From Chiloscyllium plagiosum (taxonomy: Eukaryota), in the NCBI RefSeq assembly GCF_004010195.1, contig NC_057720.1:30828231-30887054 (forward strand): 58,824 nucleotides of DNA, written 5' to 3'. Shown piece after piece: positions 37,906-51,598 of this stretch (positions are counted from its first letter, which is position 1; every line of letters starts with the position of its first letter). The position numbers were made by a program, and so were the translations under genes. The notes under the pieces are model-generated. The model did not search any database. It had not been told where the DNA came from and saw nothing but the letters and a program-made list of their open reading frames with translations.

Positions 37906-38629
37906 AGTACCAAAGGCAACAGCTGTACATCATTTTGTATATTTTCAGTGTCAATAGCATCATTTTCAGTATTTGTTAAAACATTAAATATTTCAAATAA
38001 AGTTTTTCCAACTTAGCTAAAATAATGAGATTTATTGAAGATCCTATTCACATATTACCGAAAAGAGAAACATTTTGTCTTAGCTTTGCATCTTGAACTG
38101 ATTAATCAAACATAAACATGTCAGATTTCAAACAATCGCCACAATTTATACTGCAGGAGAAAAGTATGCTGCTTGGTTGGAGAGTTAGCTTTGACTAGCT
38201 ATGACCTCATAATGGGGAACTATAGGTTTTCAAAGCTTCCAGGTAATTCAGAAAGGCTCAGGTCTTGAACGTTTATCTGTTTGCAAATAATGGGACCTTA
38301 TTTATTAATGTATGTCACTTTGTGACAAGTTTAAATGAACCATGTTATGATTTTGACTGATTATCTTAAATTGGTTGTTATTGTGGCTATTAGCACACTT
38401 GGGGTTGTTCAATGTGTGCCCACCAATAACAGAACTGCATCTAACAGCAAGTAGTTTGTTTTGGGTTTTGCAAGCATGGGCTGTTTGAATATGGTCTGTG
38501 CTTTGCCTAATATGAACAATGAAAGAACCATCCTGTTTGATTATTGATCAATTAATTAGTCATTGATCAATTGACAGTGTCTTACCAGATTTGACCTCTG
38601 TAAAGATGATGGGAATTAACAAATCCAAA

Positions 38630-40285
38630 CTGGCCAATTACCACCCCATCAGTCTATTCCCTGATCATCAATAAAGTGATGGAAGGTGTCATCAACAGTG
38701 CTATCCAACAGCATCTGCTCAGCAATAATCTGCCCAGTGACACCCAGTTCGAGTTCCACCAGGGCCACTCAGCTCCTAACCTCATTACAGCCTTCGTTCA
38801 AACATGGACAAAAGTGCTGAAAGCCAGAGGTGAGGTGAGAGTGACAGCCCTTGACATCAATGCCGCTTTCGATTGAATGTGACATCAAGGTCCGAGCAAA
38901 ACTGGAATCAATGTGCATCAAGAGGCAAACTGGTTACTGGTTGGAGTCATACCTGATGTTCATGGTTGTTAGAGGTCAGTCATCATGGTGGCTGAGTGGT
39001 TATTACTGCTGCCTCACAGTGCCAGGGCCCCAGGTTCAATTTTACCTTTGGGTGACCATCTGTTTGGAGTTTGCACATTCTCCCTGTGTTTGGATTCCTC
39101 CCACAGTCCAAAGAATGCAGGTTAAGTGGATTGGTCATGTTAAATTGTCCATGTTGTGCAGGTTGTGCAGGCTAGGTGGGTTAACTTTGGGAAATATGGG
39201 GTTACAGGGAGAGATGGGAGGGGGGGAGGTAGATGTGGGTGGTATACTCTTCAGAGGGTCAGTGTGGACTTGATGGGCTGAATGGCCTGCTTCCTCACTG
39301 TAGGGATTCTATGATCTTAACTCCAGTAAATTGCTGCAGGAGTTCCTCAGAGTTGTCTTTGGCCCAACCATCTTCAGCTGCTTCAATGACCTTCCCTCCA
39401 TCATAAGGTCAGAAATGGGATGTGTGCCAGTAATTGCACAACTCCTCAGATACTGAAGCAGTCCGTGTCTAAATGCAACAAGATCTGGACAATATTCAGT
39501 GGTGGGCTGATAATTGGCAAGTAACTTACATGTCACCCAAATGCCAGGCTATGACAATCACCAATAAGAGACAATCTAACCACTGCATCTTGACACTTAA
39601 TGATGCTACCATTCCTGAATACCATACTATCAACATCCTGAGGGTTACCATTGACCAGAAACTCAACTGGACTTGCCCCTTAAACACTGGCTGAAAGAGC
39701 AGGTCAGAGGCTAGGAATACTGCGATAAGTAACTCATCTGTTCCCCCAAGGCCTGTCCATCATTTACAAGGCACAAGACGGGAGTGTGATGGAATACTCT
39801 TGCCTAGATGGTTACAGCTTCAACAATACTCCAGAAGCATGACACCGTCCAAGGCAAAGCAGCATGCATGATTGGCACCACATCCACAAGCATTCACTCC
39901 CTCTCCCCACTGACACTCAATAGCAGCAGCGTGTACTATCTATAAGATGCACAGTGGAAATTCACCAAAGATCCTCAGAGACCACCTTCCAAACCCATGT
40001 GCACTTGCAGCAAGAAGGACAAGGGCAGCAGATATATGGGAACACCACCACTTTCAAGTTCCCCTCCAAGCCTCAAACCATCCTGACTTGGAAATATATC
40101 GCCATTCCTTCACTGTCATTGGGTCTACATCCTGGCGTTCCCTCCCTAATGGCATTGTGGGACAACCCGCAGCAAGTGGACTGCAGCGGTAGAAGAAGGC
40201 AGCTCACTGTCACCTTTTTAAGGGCTGTAGGGATGGGCAATAAATGCTGGCCAGCCATCGATGTCCACATCCCACAAAAATGAAA
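38630..40285 (+). mobile_element. CR1/L2-group LINE RT and 3' end, interrupted by a V-SINE-like SINE (38982-39314)
   Basis: NYHPISL, QFEFHQGHS, ALDINAAFD, GVPQ and LQQDLD-like motifs; tail ggcaataaatgctgg. Confidence 0.8.
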
Positions 40286-40654
40286 AATGTAAATAAAATG
40301 ATTGGTGCAGAGTACCATTGGCATGTGTCATGCTGTAGCAGGGCTTAGAACTGGAGAAAGACAATTGCATCTGCCACTCCTCGGCCCTTCTGATCAAGAT
40401 CCCATTGTACTCTAAAGTAACCTTCTTCAGTGTCCACTACACCTCCAATTTTTGGATCATCTGCAAAAATACTAAGCTACCTTCTAAAATTAAAATTTAT
40501 TACGGCATAAACAAATTAATTTGGCAATTGAAACTGACCCTCTACAACCTTTCCTTAAAAAGTGGCATATTTTCTCTTTCTCCCTCTTTTTCACATACCT
40601 GAAAGGTCATAGCAGCCACCCTTTGTCAACAATGATGCCTCTGTTTCTTGGTAC

Positions 40655-41330
40655 ATAGGAAACAGGAGCAGGAGTAGGCAATTCAGTCCCTTGAGCCTGT
40701 TCTGTCATTTAATACAATCATGACTGATCTCAATGTAGCCTTAACTACACTTTTCTGCCTGCACTCCATTATTCTTTAACTCATTACTAATTAAAAATCT
40801 GTTTATCATCTCCCTAAGCATAATCAATGTCCCAGCATATGCCACACTCTAGGTAGCCAATTCCACAGATTCACAACCCTTTGAGGGCAGTAATTTCTCC
40901 TCACCTCTTTTTAAATCTGTCACACCTTATCAAAAAACTATAACCTCTCATTCTAGATTGCCTCACATGAGGAAACATCTTTTCTATGTCTACTTTGTCA
41001 ATCCCCTTTAGCATCTTATATTTATCAATTAGATCTCCTTTCATTCTTCCAAACTCCAGAGAGTGTAGGCCTAAATTGCACAATTTATATTCATAAGACA
41101 AACGCCTCATTCTCTGGAATCAATCTGTTGAGCCTCCTCTGAACTGCCTCCAATGCAACAACATCTCTCCTCAAGTAAGGGGACCAAAACTACATGCAAT
41201 ACTCCAGTTGTGGTTTCCCTCATGCCTTGTACATTTGCAGCAACACTTCCTACTTTTATACACTATTCCTTTAGCAATAAATGCCAATATTCCATTTGCC
41301 TTCCTTGTTACCCGCTGTACCTGCATAAAC
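40655..41330 (-). mobile_element. Older CR1 3' fragment
   Basis: LSYEYKLCNLGLHSLE…GDLIDKYKMLKGIDKVD. Confidence 0.8.
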
Positions 41331-43694
41331 TTCCTTCTTCCTCCTCCAAACCTCACAAAGGTATTCCAATTGTGGAAAGGGAGTCAATGGATGCATCAAA
41401 GTGGCCAACTGTTTCTGGCAAGTCCGCCCAAGGTCTAGTCAGATCACGAAGTAACTCAAATGTTGAGCCTACTCTTTCAACTGAAGTTGAGGTCTGTCTC
41501 AAATATGAAATTATAAACAGCAAGAAACTAATTAGCCAGCCATGGCTTAAGCGATACTAAAAGCAGGGAGAAACATCACTACCCAGAGAGTATTTAAGAT
41601 GTAAAATTTTCTGTCACATGGAGTAGTGGAGGCAAATGGTGTCACGACAAATGAGGGGAAGCTAGAGAAAAACATGAGGGAGAAAGGAACCAAAGGATCC
41701 ATGGATGGAGTTAAATAAACAGTGTGAGAGAAAAGAACGTAAACGCTGTTAGATTACTTAGCTGAATAGCTGAACTGCAATAGAATTATTTAGATTGATT
41801 TGAATGTGAGCATCTTGCTCGCTAAGTTCGAGGGCATGTATTTTCAGGAATGGTAGAATTTCTTGCCCAGTGGCAGCTTCAACCATTTCCACTCTAATTT
41901 ACAATTGACCAAGCATGGGAGAGAATACACTATTTTGCTAATGGGCTTTATTAAAAGCTCAGAAGTGTTGTTTTCAGATTGTGTTGCATAATGGACTCAC
42001 GTTTTTTGGATTAGTGGTGCTGGAAGAGCACAGCAGTTCAGGCAGTCATTGTTTTTACCTAATTTTTTTTGGAATTAAGACTCACAAATTCATTTCTCCA
42101 ATGGCTCAGTGAGTACATACAATTCATTGTAGGCTTATACAGGTAAAGAGTATCCTTGTTTCAATTGATATCATCCGGGATAGCACCAAAAGATTTGAAT
42201 TCTTCCCTAATCCACGAATTAGCACAGTCAGCCAGGATTCTTGATACTGATAATGTTCTCGCAACACCTGAAAGTGTGCGCCACTTTGTGGTCATCAGGT
42301 AAGGTGAAGGTGAATGTGAATAGCATTGTCTGTAGCGCCCTGCACCTGGGGGAAGCCAGCTTTATTGACAAATCCTACAGCCTGGATTGTAGCACTAACC
42401 TTGTCACAGGGAAACAAGAAATCGTTTGATCTGGAACAAATTGCTTTGGTAAAAGCTTTGATACATTTGTGGGTTGAGGATTAAGAGATTACACACAGAT
42501 CACCAGTGGAGCCTCAGAAACAGCCAGTTACATGAAGGTTTAGAGCATCAGTCACCTTGAAGATCACCAGGATAGGATGGTCAACCCCATCTCCAGGTCA
42601 TAGCTCCTGCCATAGTTCTGTGGCACCACAGTGCCTTGCTCATCTGGAGGAAATGCCATCAAGGACGATAGACTCTGCTCTTCTTGCTCATTCTGAAGGG
42701 ACTTTCAGCTGTGGATGCTGCTCAGCAGCAGCTGGAGGTTGCTGCTGGTAATGGGCCTTGCTGACACATTTTTACGTTCTCGGTTTCCCAACATCTTCAC
42801 TGTAACAACAACCTCTGCTCTGGCTGGATCCATTGGTTAGGCAATGAATTGTTGTGGGGGTATATGGAAAAGATCAGTTCCTTAGCAATGTGAACAGTTG
42901 GCATCTGCAGCATTCACAAATGACATGCACCTCTATACAGTGGGGCATGGAGGACACCAACAAGTAGGGTCACAGGTTACCTCTACACGCACCTTTGACA
43001 TAGGTACCTTAGTCTAATGTATGCAGCACAAGCCATGTTGTGCAAGCACAGTAGAAGATTGTAAGGGTTGTATGATTATTGATATCTCTTCCTCCCACAT
43101 CACCCAGGAAAGGCAGCATTGTATAGGGAGCAGGTTAGTGAGTACTTACAGCTCAAACTGAGAGAAAATTAATTCTGTGTCCTTGTGCAGCTTATGGGAC
43201 CTTGCTTTGTGTTTGACGCTTGGGCTGTATGTGCCACTTTTCAGGTCACCTGCAATTACTTGTAATTCATAGAGATTGCTATCTTCAATCTGCAATGACC
43301 AATGACATGATCAAGATGGTTTGTGACTAGCACATTGATCAGCGCTTGTAGTTCATATGCATGAAGCTATGATTTCAGATGACTTCAACCTGCACTGTGA
43401 AAGTGCCAGAATCATGTGATTGGCTCCAGGGGCCTGACATCACTCACAAGTAAGTCCTGTTTACTCAAATAGAACAAAAAACACTTACTCTGCCCATTCC
43501 AGGTGTGGTCTTAGCCATTTACCATTTCTAAAGTGAATTTATGAGTCACATGTGACAAGGCACGTCATATTGGGACAATGAGTCTCAGGCTCAGTCTAAT
43601 CAATAGGACCCCTCCCTTCCAAAACCTCCATGTTTCCTTCTGACTGGAACTCTCTGTTGAGCACCCAACATTGAGCATCCACAGAACGGACAGA

Positions 43695-45745
43695 GATTGA
43701 AGAAGCTGATGTGCTGAAAATTTTGACAAACATTAAGATTGACAAGTCGCCAGGGCCAGACCAGATTTGTCCTCGGCTGCTTTGGGAAAAGGAAACTATG
43801 ATGCTATCAGACGTGAGTTGGGAAGCATGGACTGGGAGCAATTGTTCCATGGAAAGGGCACTATAGACATGTGGAGTTGTTGCGAGTGATGCACAAATGT
43901 GTTCCTCTGAGAGGGGTAAGAAGGGTTAAGATAAAGGAACCTTGGATGACGAGAGCGGAGGAGCTTCTCGTCAAAAGAAAGAAGGCAGCTTATAAGGTGG
44001 AGGAAGCAAGGGTCTTGCTCAGCTCGAGAGGATTACAGGCAGGTGAGGAAGGAGCTCAAAAATGGTCTGAGGAGAGCCAGGAGGGGGCACCAAAAAGGCT
44101 TGGCAGGAAGCATTAGGGAGAATCCAAAGGCATTTTACACGTATGTGAGGAATAAGAGAATGATCAAAGAAAGAGTAGGGCCGATCAGGGATAGCATAGG
44201 GAACTTGTGTATAGAGTCTGAGGAGGTAGGGGAAGCCCTAAATGAGTTTTTTGCTTCTGTCTTTACTAAAGAAAAGGACCTTGTAGTGAATGAAACCATT
44301 GANNNNNNNNNNNNNNNNNNNNNNNNNNNNNNNNNNNNNNNNNNNNNNNNNNNNNNNNNNNNNNNNNNNNNNNNNNNNNNNNNNNNNNNNNNNNNNNNNN
44401 NNNNNNNNNNNNNNNNNNNNNNNNNNNNNNNNNNNNNNNNNNNNNNNNNNNNNNNNNNNNNNNNNNNNNNNNNNNNNNNNNNNNNNNNNNNNNNNNNNNN
44501 NNNNNNNNNNNNNNNNNNNNNNNNNNNNNNNNNNNNNNNNNGAGTTCTTTGAGGATGTGACTAGAAAAGATTGATGAAGGCGGAGCAGGGATGTGGTGTA
44601 TATGGACTTCAGCAAGGCATTTGATAAGGTTCCCCATGGTAGGCTCATTCAGAAGGTCAGGAGGAATGGGATACAGGGAAGTTTAGCTGTCTGGTTACAG
44701 AATTGACTGGTCAACAGAAGACAGTGAGTGGTAGTGGAAGGAAAGTATTCTGCCTGGAAGTCAGTGGTGAGTGGTGTTCCACAGGGCTCTGTCCTTGGGC
44801 CTCTACTGTTTGTAATTTTTATTAATGATTTGGATGAGGGGATTGAAGAATGGGTCAGCATGTTTGCAGACGACACAAAGGTTGGAGGTGTCGTTAACCG
44901 TATAGAGGGCTGTTGTAGGCTGCAGTGTGACATTGACAGGATGCAGAGATGGGCTGAGAGGTGGCAGATGGAGTTCAACCTGGATAAATGCGAAGTGATG
45001 CATTTTGGAAGGTTGAACTTGAAAGTTGAGTACAGGATTAAAGACAGAATTCTTGGGAGTGTGGAGGAACAGAGGGATCTTGGTGTGCAGGTACATAGAT
45101 CCCTTAAAATTGTCACCCAGGTGGACAGGGTTGTTAAGGAATCATATGGTGTTTTGGCTTTCATTACCAGGGGGATTGAGTTTAAGAACCGTGTTGCAGC
45201 TCTATAAAACTTTGGTTAGACCGCACTAGGAATACTGTGTCCAGTTCTGGTCGCCTTATTATAGGAAAGATGTGGATGTTTTGGAGAGGGTTCAGAGGAG
45301 GTTTACCAGAATGCTGCCTGGAATGGAGGGCTTATCTTACGAAGAGAGGTTGACTGAGCTCGGACTGTTTTCATTGGAAAAAAAGAAGAGCGGGGACCTA
45401 ATTGAGGTGTACAAGACAATGAGAGGCATAGATAGAGTTAATAGCCAGAGACTTTTGTCCAGGGCAGACGTTTTTAACATGAGGGGTCATAGCTTTAAGC
45501 TGTTTGGCGGAAAGTATAGAGGGGATGTCAGAGATGGGTTCTTTACGCAGAGAGTTGTGAGAGCATGGAGTGCGTTGCCAGCAGCAGTTGTGGAAGCGAG
45601 GTCATTGGGGATATCTAAGAGACTGCTGGACATGCATATGGTCACAGAAATTTGAGGGTTCGTACATTAGGTTTACCTTACATGAGGATTATTGGTCGGC
45701 ACAACAGCCTGTTCTGTGCTGTACTGTTCTGTGTTCTATGTTTTA
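43695..45745 (+). mobile_element. CR1 ORF2 (linker, RT, 3' end) spanning a 239-N assembly gap (44303-44541)
   Basis: NPKAFYTYV, DFSKAFDKVPH, GVPQGSVLGPLLF and FADDTK motifs; (gttct)n tail. Confidence 0.92.
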
Positions 45746-45879
45746 ACATTTCCCCCGATCCACAGGCCTACAGCTTAGTTATGACAACCATCAAGCTACA
45801 CTGCTACCCCATTGAGGCCCGGTTGCTGGTGACCATTGATGAACCCTACTCTCCCAATAGTAAACTATGACACAGATTC

Positions 45880-46310
45880 ACAGAGCCATACAGCACAAAA
45901 ACAGACCCTTTGGTTCAACCAGTCCATACCAAACCTAATCCCAAACTAAACTAAACTAGTCCCACCTGCCTGCTCCTGGCCCCCTATTCATGTACTTATC
46001 CAAATGTCTTTTAAACATTGTACCCACATCCACCATCTCCTCAAGGAGTTCATTCCACATGTGAACCACCCTCTGTGTAAAAATATTTGCCCCTCATGTC
46101 TTTTTAAAATCTCTCTCACCTTAAAAATGTGCCCTCTTATCTTGAAATCCCCCAAGCTAAGGAAAAAACAACTACCGTGATCTATACTCCTCATTATTTT
46201 ATAAACATCTATTGGGTCACCCCTCAACCTCCTACAATCCAGTAAAGAAACGTCCTAGCCTAAGAGCCTTTCTTTGTAATTTAAACTTTCCATACCTGGC
46301 AACATCCTGC
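45880..46310 (-). mobile_element. CR1 3' fragment
   Basis: RGDPIDVYKIMRSID…RGHIFKVR; homologous to 50180-50844. Confidence 0.8.
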
Positions 46311-46419
46311 CTCCAACATACTATCACCTTCGCCTACTATTGACATTTAGCTCTGCCTTCATAATTATTTCCCTTCGACATCCCAGTATGCTGCCTTGAA
46401 TCTTTAGCATTTATTCTGA

Positions 46420-47216
46420 GTCAAATTGGAGGTACTGTATTTGGTAGGACAAATCAGGACAGGACTTATACACTTAATGGTGTGGTCTTGGGGAGTGTTG
46501 CTGAATAAAGAGACCCAGGGGTGCAAGTTCATAGTTCCTTGAAAGTGGAGTTGCAAGTAGGCAGGGTAGTGAAAAATGCGTTTAGTTATTTGCCTTTATT
46601 GGTCAGTGCATTGAGTAGAGGAGTTGGGAAGTCATGTTGCAGCTGTACAGGACATTGGTTAGGCTGCTCTTGGAATAGCGCATTCAATTCTGGTCTCCCT
46701 TCTATAGGAAATGTGTTGTTAAATTTTAAAGGAGTCAGAAAAGATCTACAACAATGTTGTTAGGGTTAGATGGCCTGAACTATAAGAAGAGGCTGAATAG
46801 GCTGGGGCTATTTTTCCTGGAGCATCGGAGGTGGAGAGGTGGCCTGATAGAACTTTATAAAATCATGAGGGGCATGGATAGAGTGGATCATCAAGATCTG
46901 TTTCTGTGGATAGTGGAGCCCAAAACTAGAGGGCATTGGTTTAAGGTGAGAAGAGAAAGATTTTAAAAGAACCTAAGGGGCAACATTTTCACACAGAGGG
47001 TGATGCATGTATAGAATGTGCTATCAGAGGAAGTGGTGGAGGTTGGTACAATTACAACATGTAAGAGGCATCTGGATGGATATATGAATGGGAAGGTTTT
47101 AGAGGGAAATGGGCCAAATTTTGGCAAATGGGACAAGATTAATTTAGAATATCTGGTTGGCATGGACGAGTTGGACTGAAGGGCCCATATCCGTGCTGTA
47201 CGTCTCTATGACTCTA
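46420..47216 (+). mobile_element. CR1 3' fragment
   Basis: VQVHSSLKV, RLNRLGLF and RGHWFKVR motifs; ctatgact tail. Confidence 0.85.
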
Positions 47217-48045
47217 TTGCTTATTTGTATTAATTTCTCAAATATATTTTTCACAATTTATAAAATGATGAGCATGGAGGAAAAGTTGACTTGGTGATGA
47301 CAGATAAATAAATTAACAATGTGGCTAAAATTACATGATATGAATCACCTCTGAATTTTTCACACCTGGCAATCCTAGCAATGGGCTCCAGTTCATTAAT
47401 AATTACTATATAAACCAAAGCATTCTGTAATACAAAAAGAAAAAGAAGTATACAAAAAGAAAAAATGAGTTAAAGGTCACTGCAATTATTTTAATGGCTT
47501 GGTTTTTTTGAAAATAGGTTTCTGTTTGACACCTGACAGATATCACACAAAAGTTTGAATGCTTTTTGCTACATTATTTTGTCAAAAATGTTAATGGATG
47601 TTCTGCAAGAGATAACAATCACCTTTTCAATTTATCTTTTTTCTTAAGATAAAATTAGTAATCTTCTTCCGCCTACAATAAAAGGTGAAATTGGAAAGGC
47701 TGATTTTCCGACTCTTAGGTTTTTGGCTTGTATAGCAATATAAAAGATGCAATTGTTTAAGGAGATTTAGGAAACTGAAAGGAAAATTGTAGTTTTCTCC
47801 TGAGAACAATATGCCTATGAGAACTCTTGTTGCATCTGCAAAGTTGTTTTGTTGTAACATGAAAGGCAACTTCATTTAAAATATAAAATTAAAAACCTTT
47901 CACCTGTAGTCAAGATTTGATATCAAACTTGAGTGAGATATCAAGCTGCCCATTTGCAAACTTCCTTCAGAACAAAGAACCTATACAATAGATGATATCA
48001 GTTTTAAACATAAATTTAGAAGGAGGGACTAACAAAATTGATGAG

Positions 48046-48256
48046 GTAAAAACAATGACTGCAGATGCTGGAAACCAGATTCTGGATCAATGGTGCTGGA
48101 AGAGCACAGCAATTCAGGCAGCATCCAACGAGCAGCAAAATCGACGTTTCGGGCAAAAGCCCTTCCTGATGAAGGGCTTTTGCCCGAAACGTCGATTTTG
48201 CTGCTCGTTGGATGCTGCCTGAATTGCTGTGCTCTTCCAGCACCATTGATCCAGAA
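48046..48256. mobile_element. Very young Penelope-derived perfect palindrome insertion (family A variant)
   Basis: 16-bp TSD TAACAAAATTGATGAG at 48030-48045 and 48257-48272. Perfect 87-bp arms 48079-48165 and 48171-48257 around a 5-nt loop CTGAT. The hammerhead core is intact on + (48166-48193). Confidence 0.9.
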
Positions 48257-48709
48257 TAACAAAATTGATGAGCTTGTTGCTCAATTCAAAGCAGGCATAG
48301 ATTTATATATTATGATATAAAGTGGGCATCATAGTGCAGTGACTATGTTACTGGCATAGCAATCTAAAGGCTTGAACTAATAATCAGAAAAGAATTGAGA
48401 TTAAGTACCACAGTGAAAGTTTCAGGATTTCACTTCAGTTTTGTAGAAATTATGAACTGCTTTCTGAAAAAAATTATCACAAAGCTGTTGGTGTTTTGTT
48501 AAAAAAAAACATTTGTTGGAGCTTTGCAAAAACCCAACTGGTTCATCAAGCCAGTTGTTGTCTTTACCTAACCTTTACCTACCCAACCCCAGTCCCAAAT
48601 CAATGTGGTAAACTCTTTACTGATCTCCAGCATGTCCGAGAAAATCCTCTTCTTGAGAGCAAGTAGGAATGGTCTGCAGCAATAATGCTCACACTATTAA
48701 CAAATTTAC

Positions 48710-49350
48710 AAGAAGCAGGTGAAGGCCATCCAGTCCTTTAAGCCAGCTCCACTAATTAATAAAATCATGTCTGATCAAATTATAACCATAAATCCACATT
48801 CCTGCTAGCCCTGATAACCTTGTTTACCACTTGTGCCTTGAAAATAATCAGACTCTACCACCATTATTTTTCAGGAAGGGAGTTCTGAAGACTCACAACC
48901 CTCTGTCGTGAGCAAATCACACACACCATTTACCCTGTCAAGACAATTTATATTTCAATCAAGCCATCTCTTACTCATTTAAATCCCAGTGGCTACAAAC
49001 CAAGCCTGTTCAACCCTTCCTCATAAGACGACCAGCCAGTTCCAGCTACTAGTCTAGTAAACCTTCTCTGAACTGCCTCAAATATATTTACATTCTTTCG
49101 TAAATAAGATGAGCTATAATGTACACAGTACCCCAAATGTGGTCTCATCATTGCCTGTATAACTCAAAGACAACCTTCACAAGTCTACATTCAATATCTC
49201 TCGGAATAAATGGTAACATTCCATTAGCTTTCCTAATTACTTGCTGTACTTGCATACAAGCCTTTTGCGATTCATGCACTCAAATACCAGATCTTTCTCA
49301 GAGCTCTGCAATCAATCACTATCTACATTATATACATCTTTTTCATTCTT
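48710..49350 (-). mobile_element. Older CR1 3' fragment
   Basis: Homologous to 40655-41330. Confidence 0.7.
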
Positions 49351-49449
49351 CCGGTATATATTTTTTGCACTCATACAGCATAGAAACAGGCCTTTCAGCC
49401 CACCATGTCAATGCTAGTGTCCTCCTCACTACTTACTTACCTATGTGTC

Positions 49450-49870
49450 TTCAGTACAGTGCATTGTGAATAGTGAATACAGTAGATTCCATTGAATGAA
49501 GTTCAGGTAAATCACTGCTGCATCTGGAAACTATCTGGGGCCTTGAATGATGAAGAGACAAGCAGTAAAAGGCAGGTTTTACATCTTCTGGGTTTGCATG
49601 AGGAGGTGCTGTAGGGTGTGAGGTGGTGTTAGAAATGGAGGAGGAGTAGACCAGGCTGTCTTGGAGGGAATGGTCCCTGCAAATGCTGACAAGGAAAAGG
49701 AAGGGAATATGTGTCCTTTGGGGCACCTCATTGGAGGTGATGGAAATGGTGCACTTCTACTTTCAACCCTTCCCTTCCCTCCTACAGCAACAATAAAGTC
49801 CCCTAGTCCTCACTTACCAGCCCACCGCCTCCCCATCCAAAGGATTGTGAGCTGCCATTTCCATTAGGAA
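49450..49870. mobile_element. Decayed Penelope coding fragments in opposite orientations
   Basis: The + piece (frameshifted) resembles the PLE linker VPLVLTY-P…IQRI…HF. The - piece resembles the Cys-rich region before GIY-YIG seen at ~12150-12300. Confidence 0.5.
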
Positions 49871-50179
49871 TGGTTAAGTAAACTGTTAGGAATAGTTAAA
49901 TAGATGCCTAAAGAGTAAAGATAGGAATGTAATTTTTATCGGCTTGAGTCTCTGTAAGTGATAATGTTAGGTAAAATGTTGAAATACTGTGCAATATTAG
50001 ATGTTGCTAACTGTCTTCTATATTTAGATAGCTGGGTTTGTTTGATTTTAAAATCCTTTTTAATGTAACAACCTTATGTTCTGTTAAAGAAAACATGCCT
50101 CTTTGTATGAATATGTCTTGGTGATGACCGACCACATTAACCAACTGAACAAAGATAAATGTCTATCAAGTTTGCGTCA

Positions 50180-50844
50180 CGTATAGACAAGGTGGTTAAA
50201 AAGGCATTTGGCATGCTTCCTTTATTGCTCAGTCTCCTGAGTGTAGGAGTTGGGGAGTCATGTTGAGGTTGTACAGGACATTGGTGAGGCTTTTTCTGGA
50301 ATGCTGGATCCAGTTCTGGTTGCCCAGTTATAACAAGGATATTATTAAGCTGGAAAGGGGTCGAAAGAAATTTACCAGTAAGTTGCCAGCTATGGAAGTT
50401 TTAGTTATAAAGGAAGGCTGGATAGACTGGGACTTTTTTCACTGGGATGTAGGAGGTTGAGAGGTGACTTTATACAAATTTTTTAAAGTAATGAGGGGTA
50501 TAGATAGAGTTAATGGTAGTTGTCTTTTCCCAAGGGTGGGGGATTTCAAGACTAGGGGACACATTTTTAAGGTGCGAGGAGAGAGATTTTTAAAAAGACA
50601 TGAGGGACATAGGTTTTGCACAGAGGGTGATTCATCTGTAGAATGAACTTCCTGAGGAAGTGATGGATGGGGGAAAAATTACAAAGTTTAAAATATATTT
50701 AAATGAGTACATGAATAGGAAAGGTTTGGGGAGATTTGGGTAAGGAGCAGGCAGGTGGGACGTGTTTAGTTTGGAATTATGTTCGGCATGGACTAGTTGG
50801 GCTGAAGCATCTGTTTCCATGCTGTTTGACTCTATGACTCTAAG
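50180..50844 (+). mobile_element. CR1 3' fragment
   Basis: MLRLYRTLVR…QFW-P, RGHIFKVRGERF; ctatgact tail. Confidence 0.85.
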
Positions 50845-50929
50845 AAGAAGGGCCTGTGCCCGAAACGTCGAATCTCCTGTTCCCTGGATGCTGCCTGACC
50901 TGCTGTGCTGTTCCAGCAATAAAGTTTCA
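50845..50929 (+). mobile_element. 85-bp Penelope mini-insertion truncated inside the hammerhead core, in a CR1 tail
   Basis: 14-bp TSD TCTATGACTCTAAG at 50831-50844 and 50930-50943. Matches ~6752-6837. Confidence 0.85.
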
Positions 50930-51217
50930 TCTATGACTCTAAGCCAGTGTTGACTCTGGGATCATAACACTAACCATATCTTTTAAGACTCTCAGATGAA
51001 GTCCACCAGGACCTGAGCATTTGACAGCCTGAAGCTTTGACAATTTACTCAGCAACACTTCTCTGTTAATTGCAATTTTTCTTAATTCCTCCATCCTTCT
51101 ATTCCTTGATTTGTAACTTCTCCTCGAATGTGCTTGTATCCTCTATAGCAAAGACTGATGCAAAATATCTATTCAATTAATCTGATTGCTCTTTATTTTC
51201 CAACATCACTTCTCAAG

Positions 51218-51598
51218 ATTATCAAGAGGATGTGGCCTCCTCTATATTGGGGAGACAGGCCGCCTACTTGCGGAACGTTTCAGAGAACACCTCTGGGACA
51301 CCCAGACCAACCAACCCAACCACCCCGTGGCTCAACACTTCAACTCCCCCTCCCACTCCACCAAGGATATGCAAGTCCTTGGACTCTTCCACTGCCAGAC
51401 CATAGCAACACGAACCTTGACCTCCTTCCACCTATCGCATTTCCAACCCCCCTCCCCCAAGTCCCTCCTCCCTACCTTTTATCTTCGCCTGCTGGACACA
51501 CTTTCTTCATTCCTGCAGAAGGGTTCATGCCCGAAACGTCGATTCTCCTGCTCCTTGGATGCTGCCTGACCTGTTGCGCTTTCCCAGCAACACATGAT
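51218..51598 (+). mobile_element. Penelope GIY-YIG fragment plus terminal repeat
   Basis: CGLLYIGETGRLLAERFREHL…VAQHFNSPSHS. Hammerhead variant CTGCAGAAGGGTTCATGCCCGAAACGTC. CTTCTCAAG is duplicated on both flanks. Confidence 0.85.

Noticed and set aside
42540..43450. Possible Harbinger transposase remnant (CLHNMA on - strand)
   Set aside because: Only a very short motif match with no supporting frame or termini.
47627..47875. 82-aa minus-strand ORF
   Set aside because: AT-rich, no recognisable domain and no consistent splice context.
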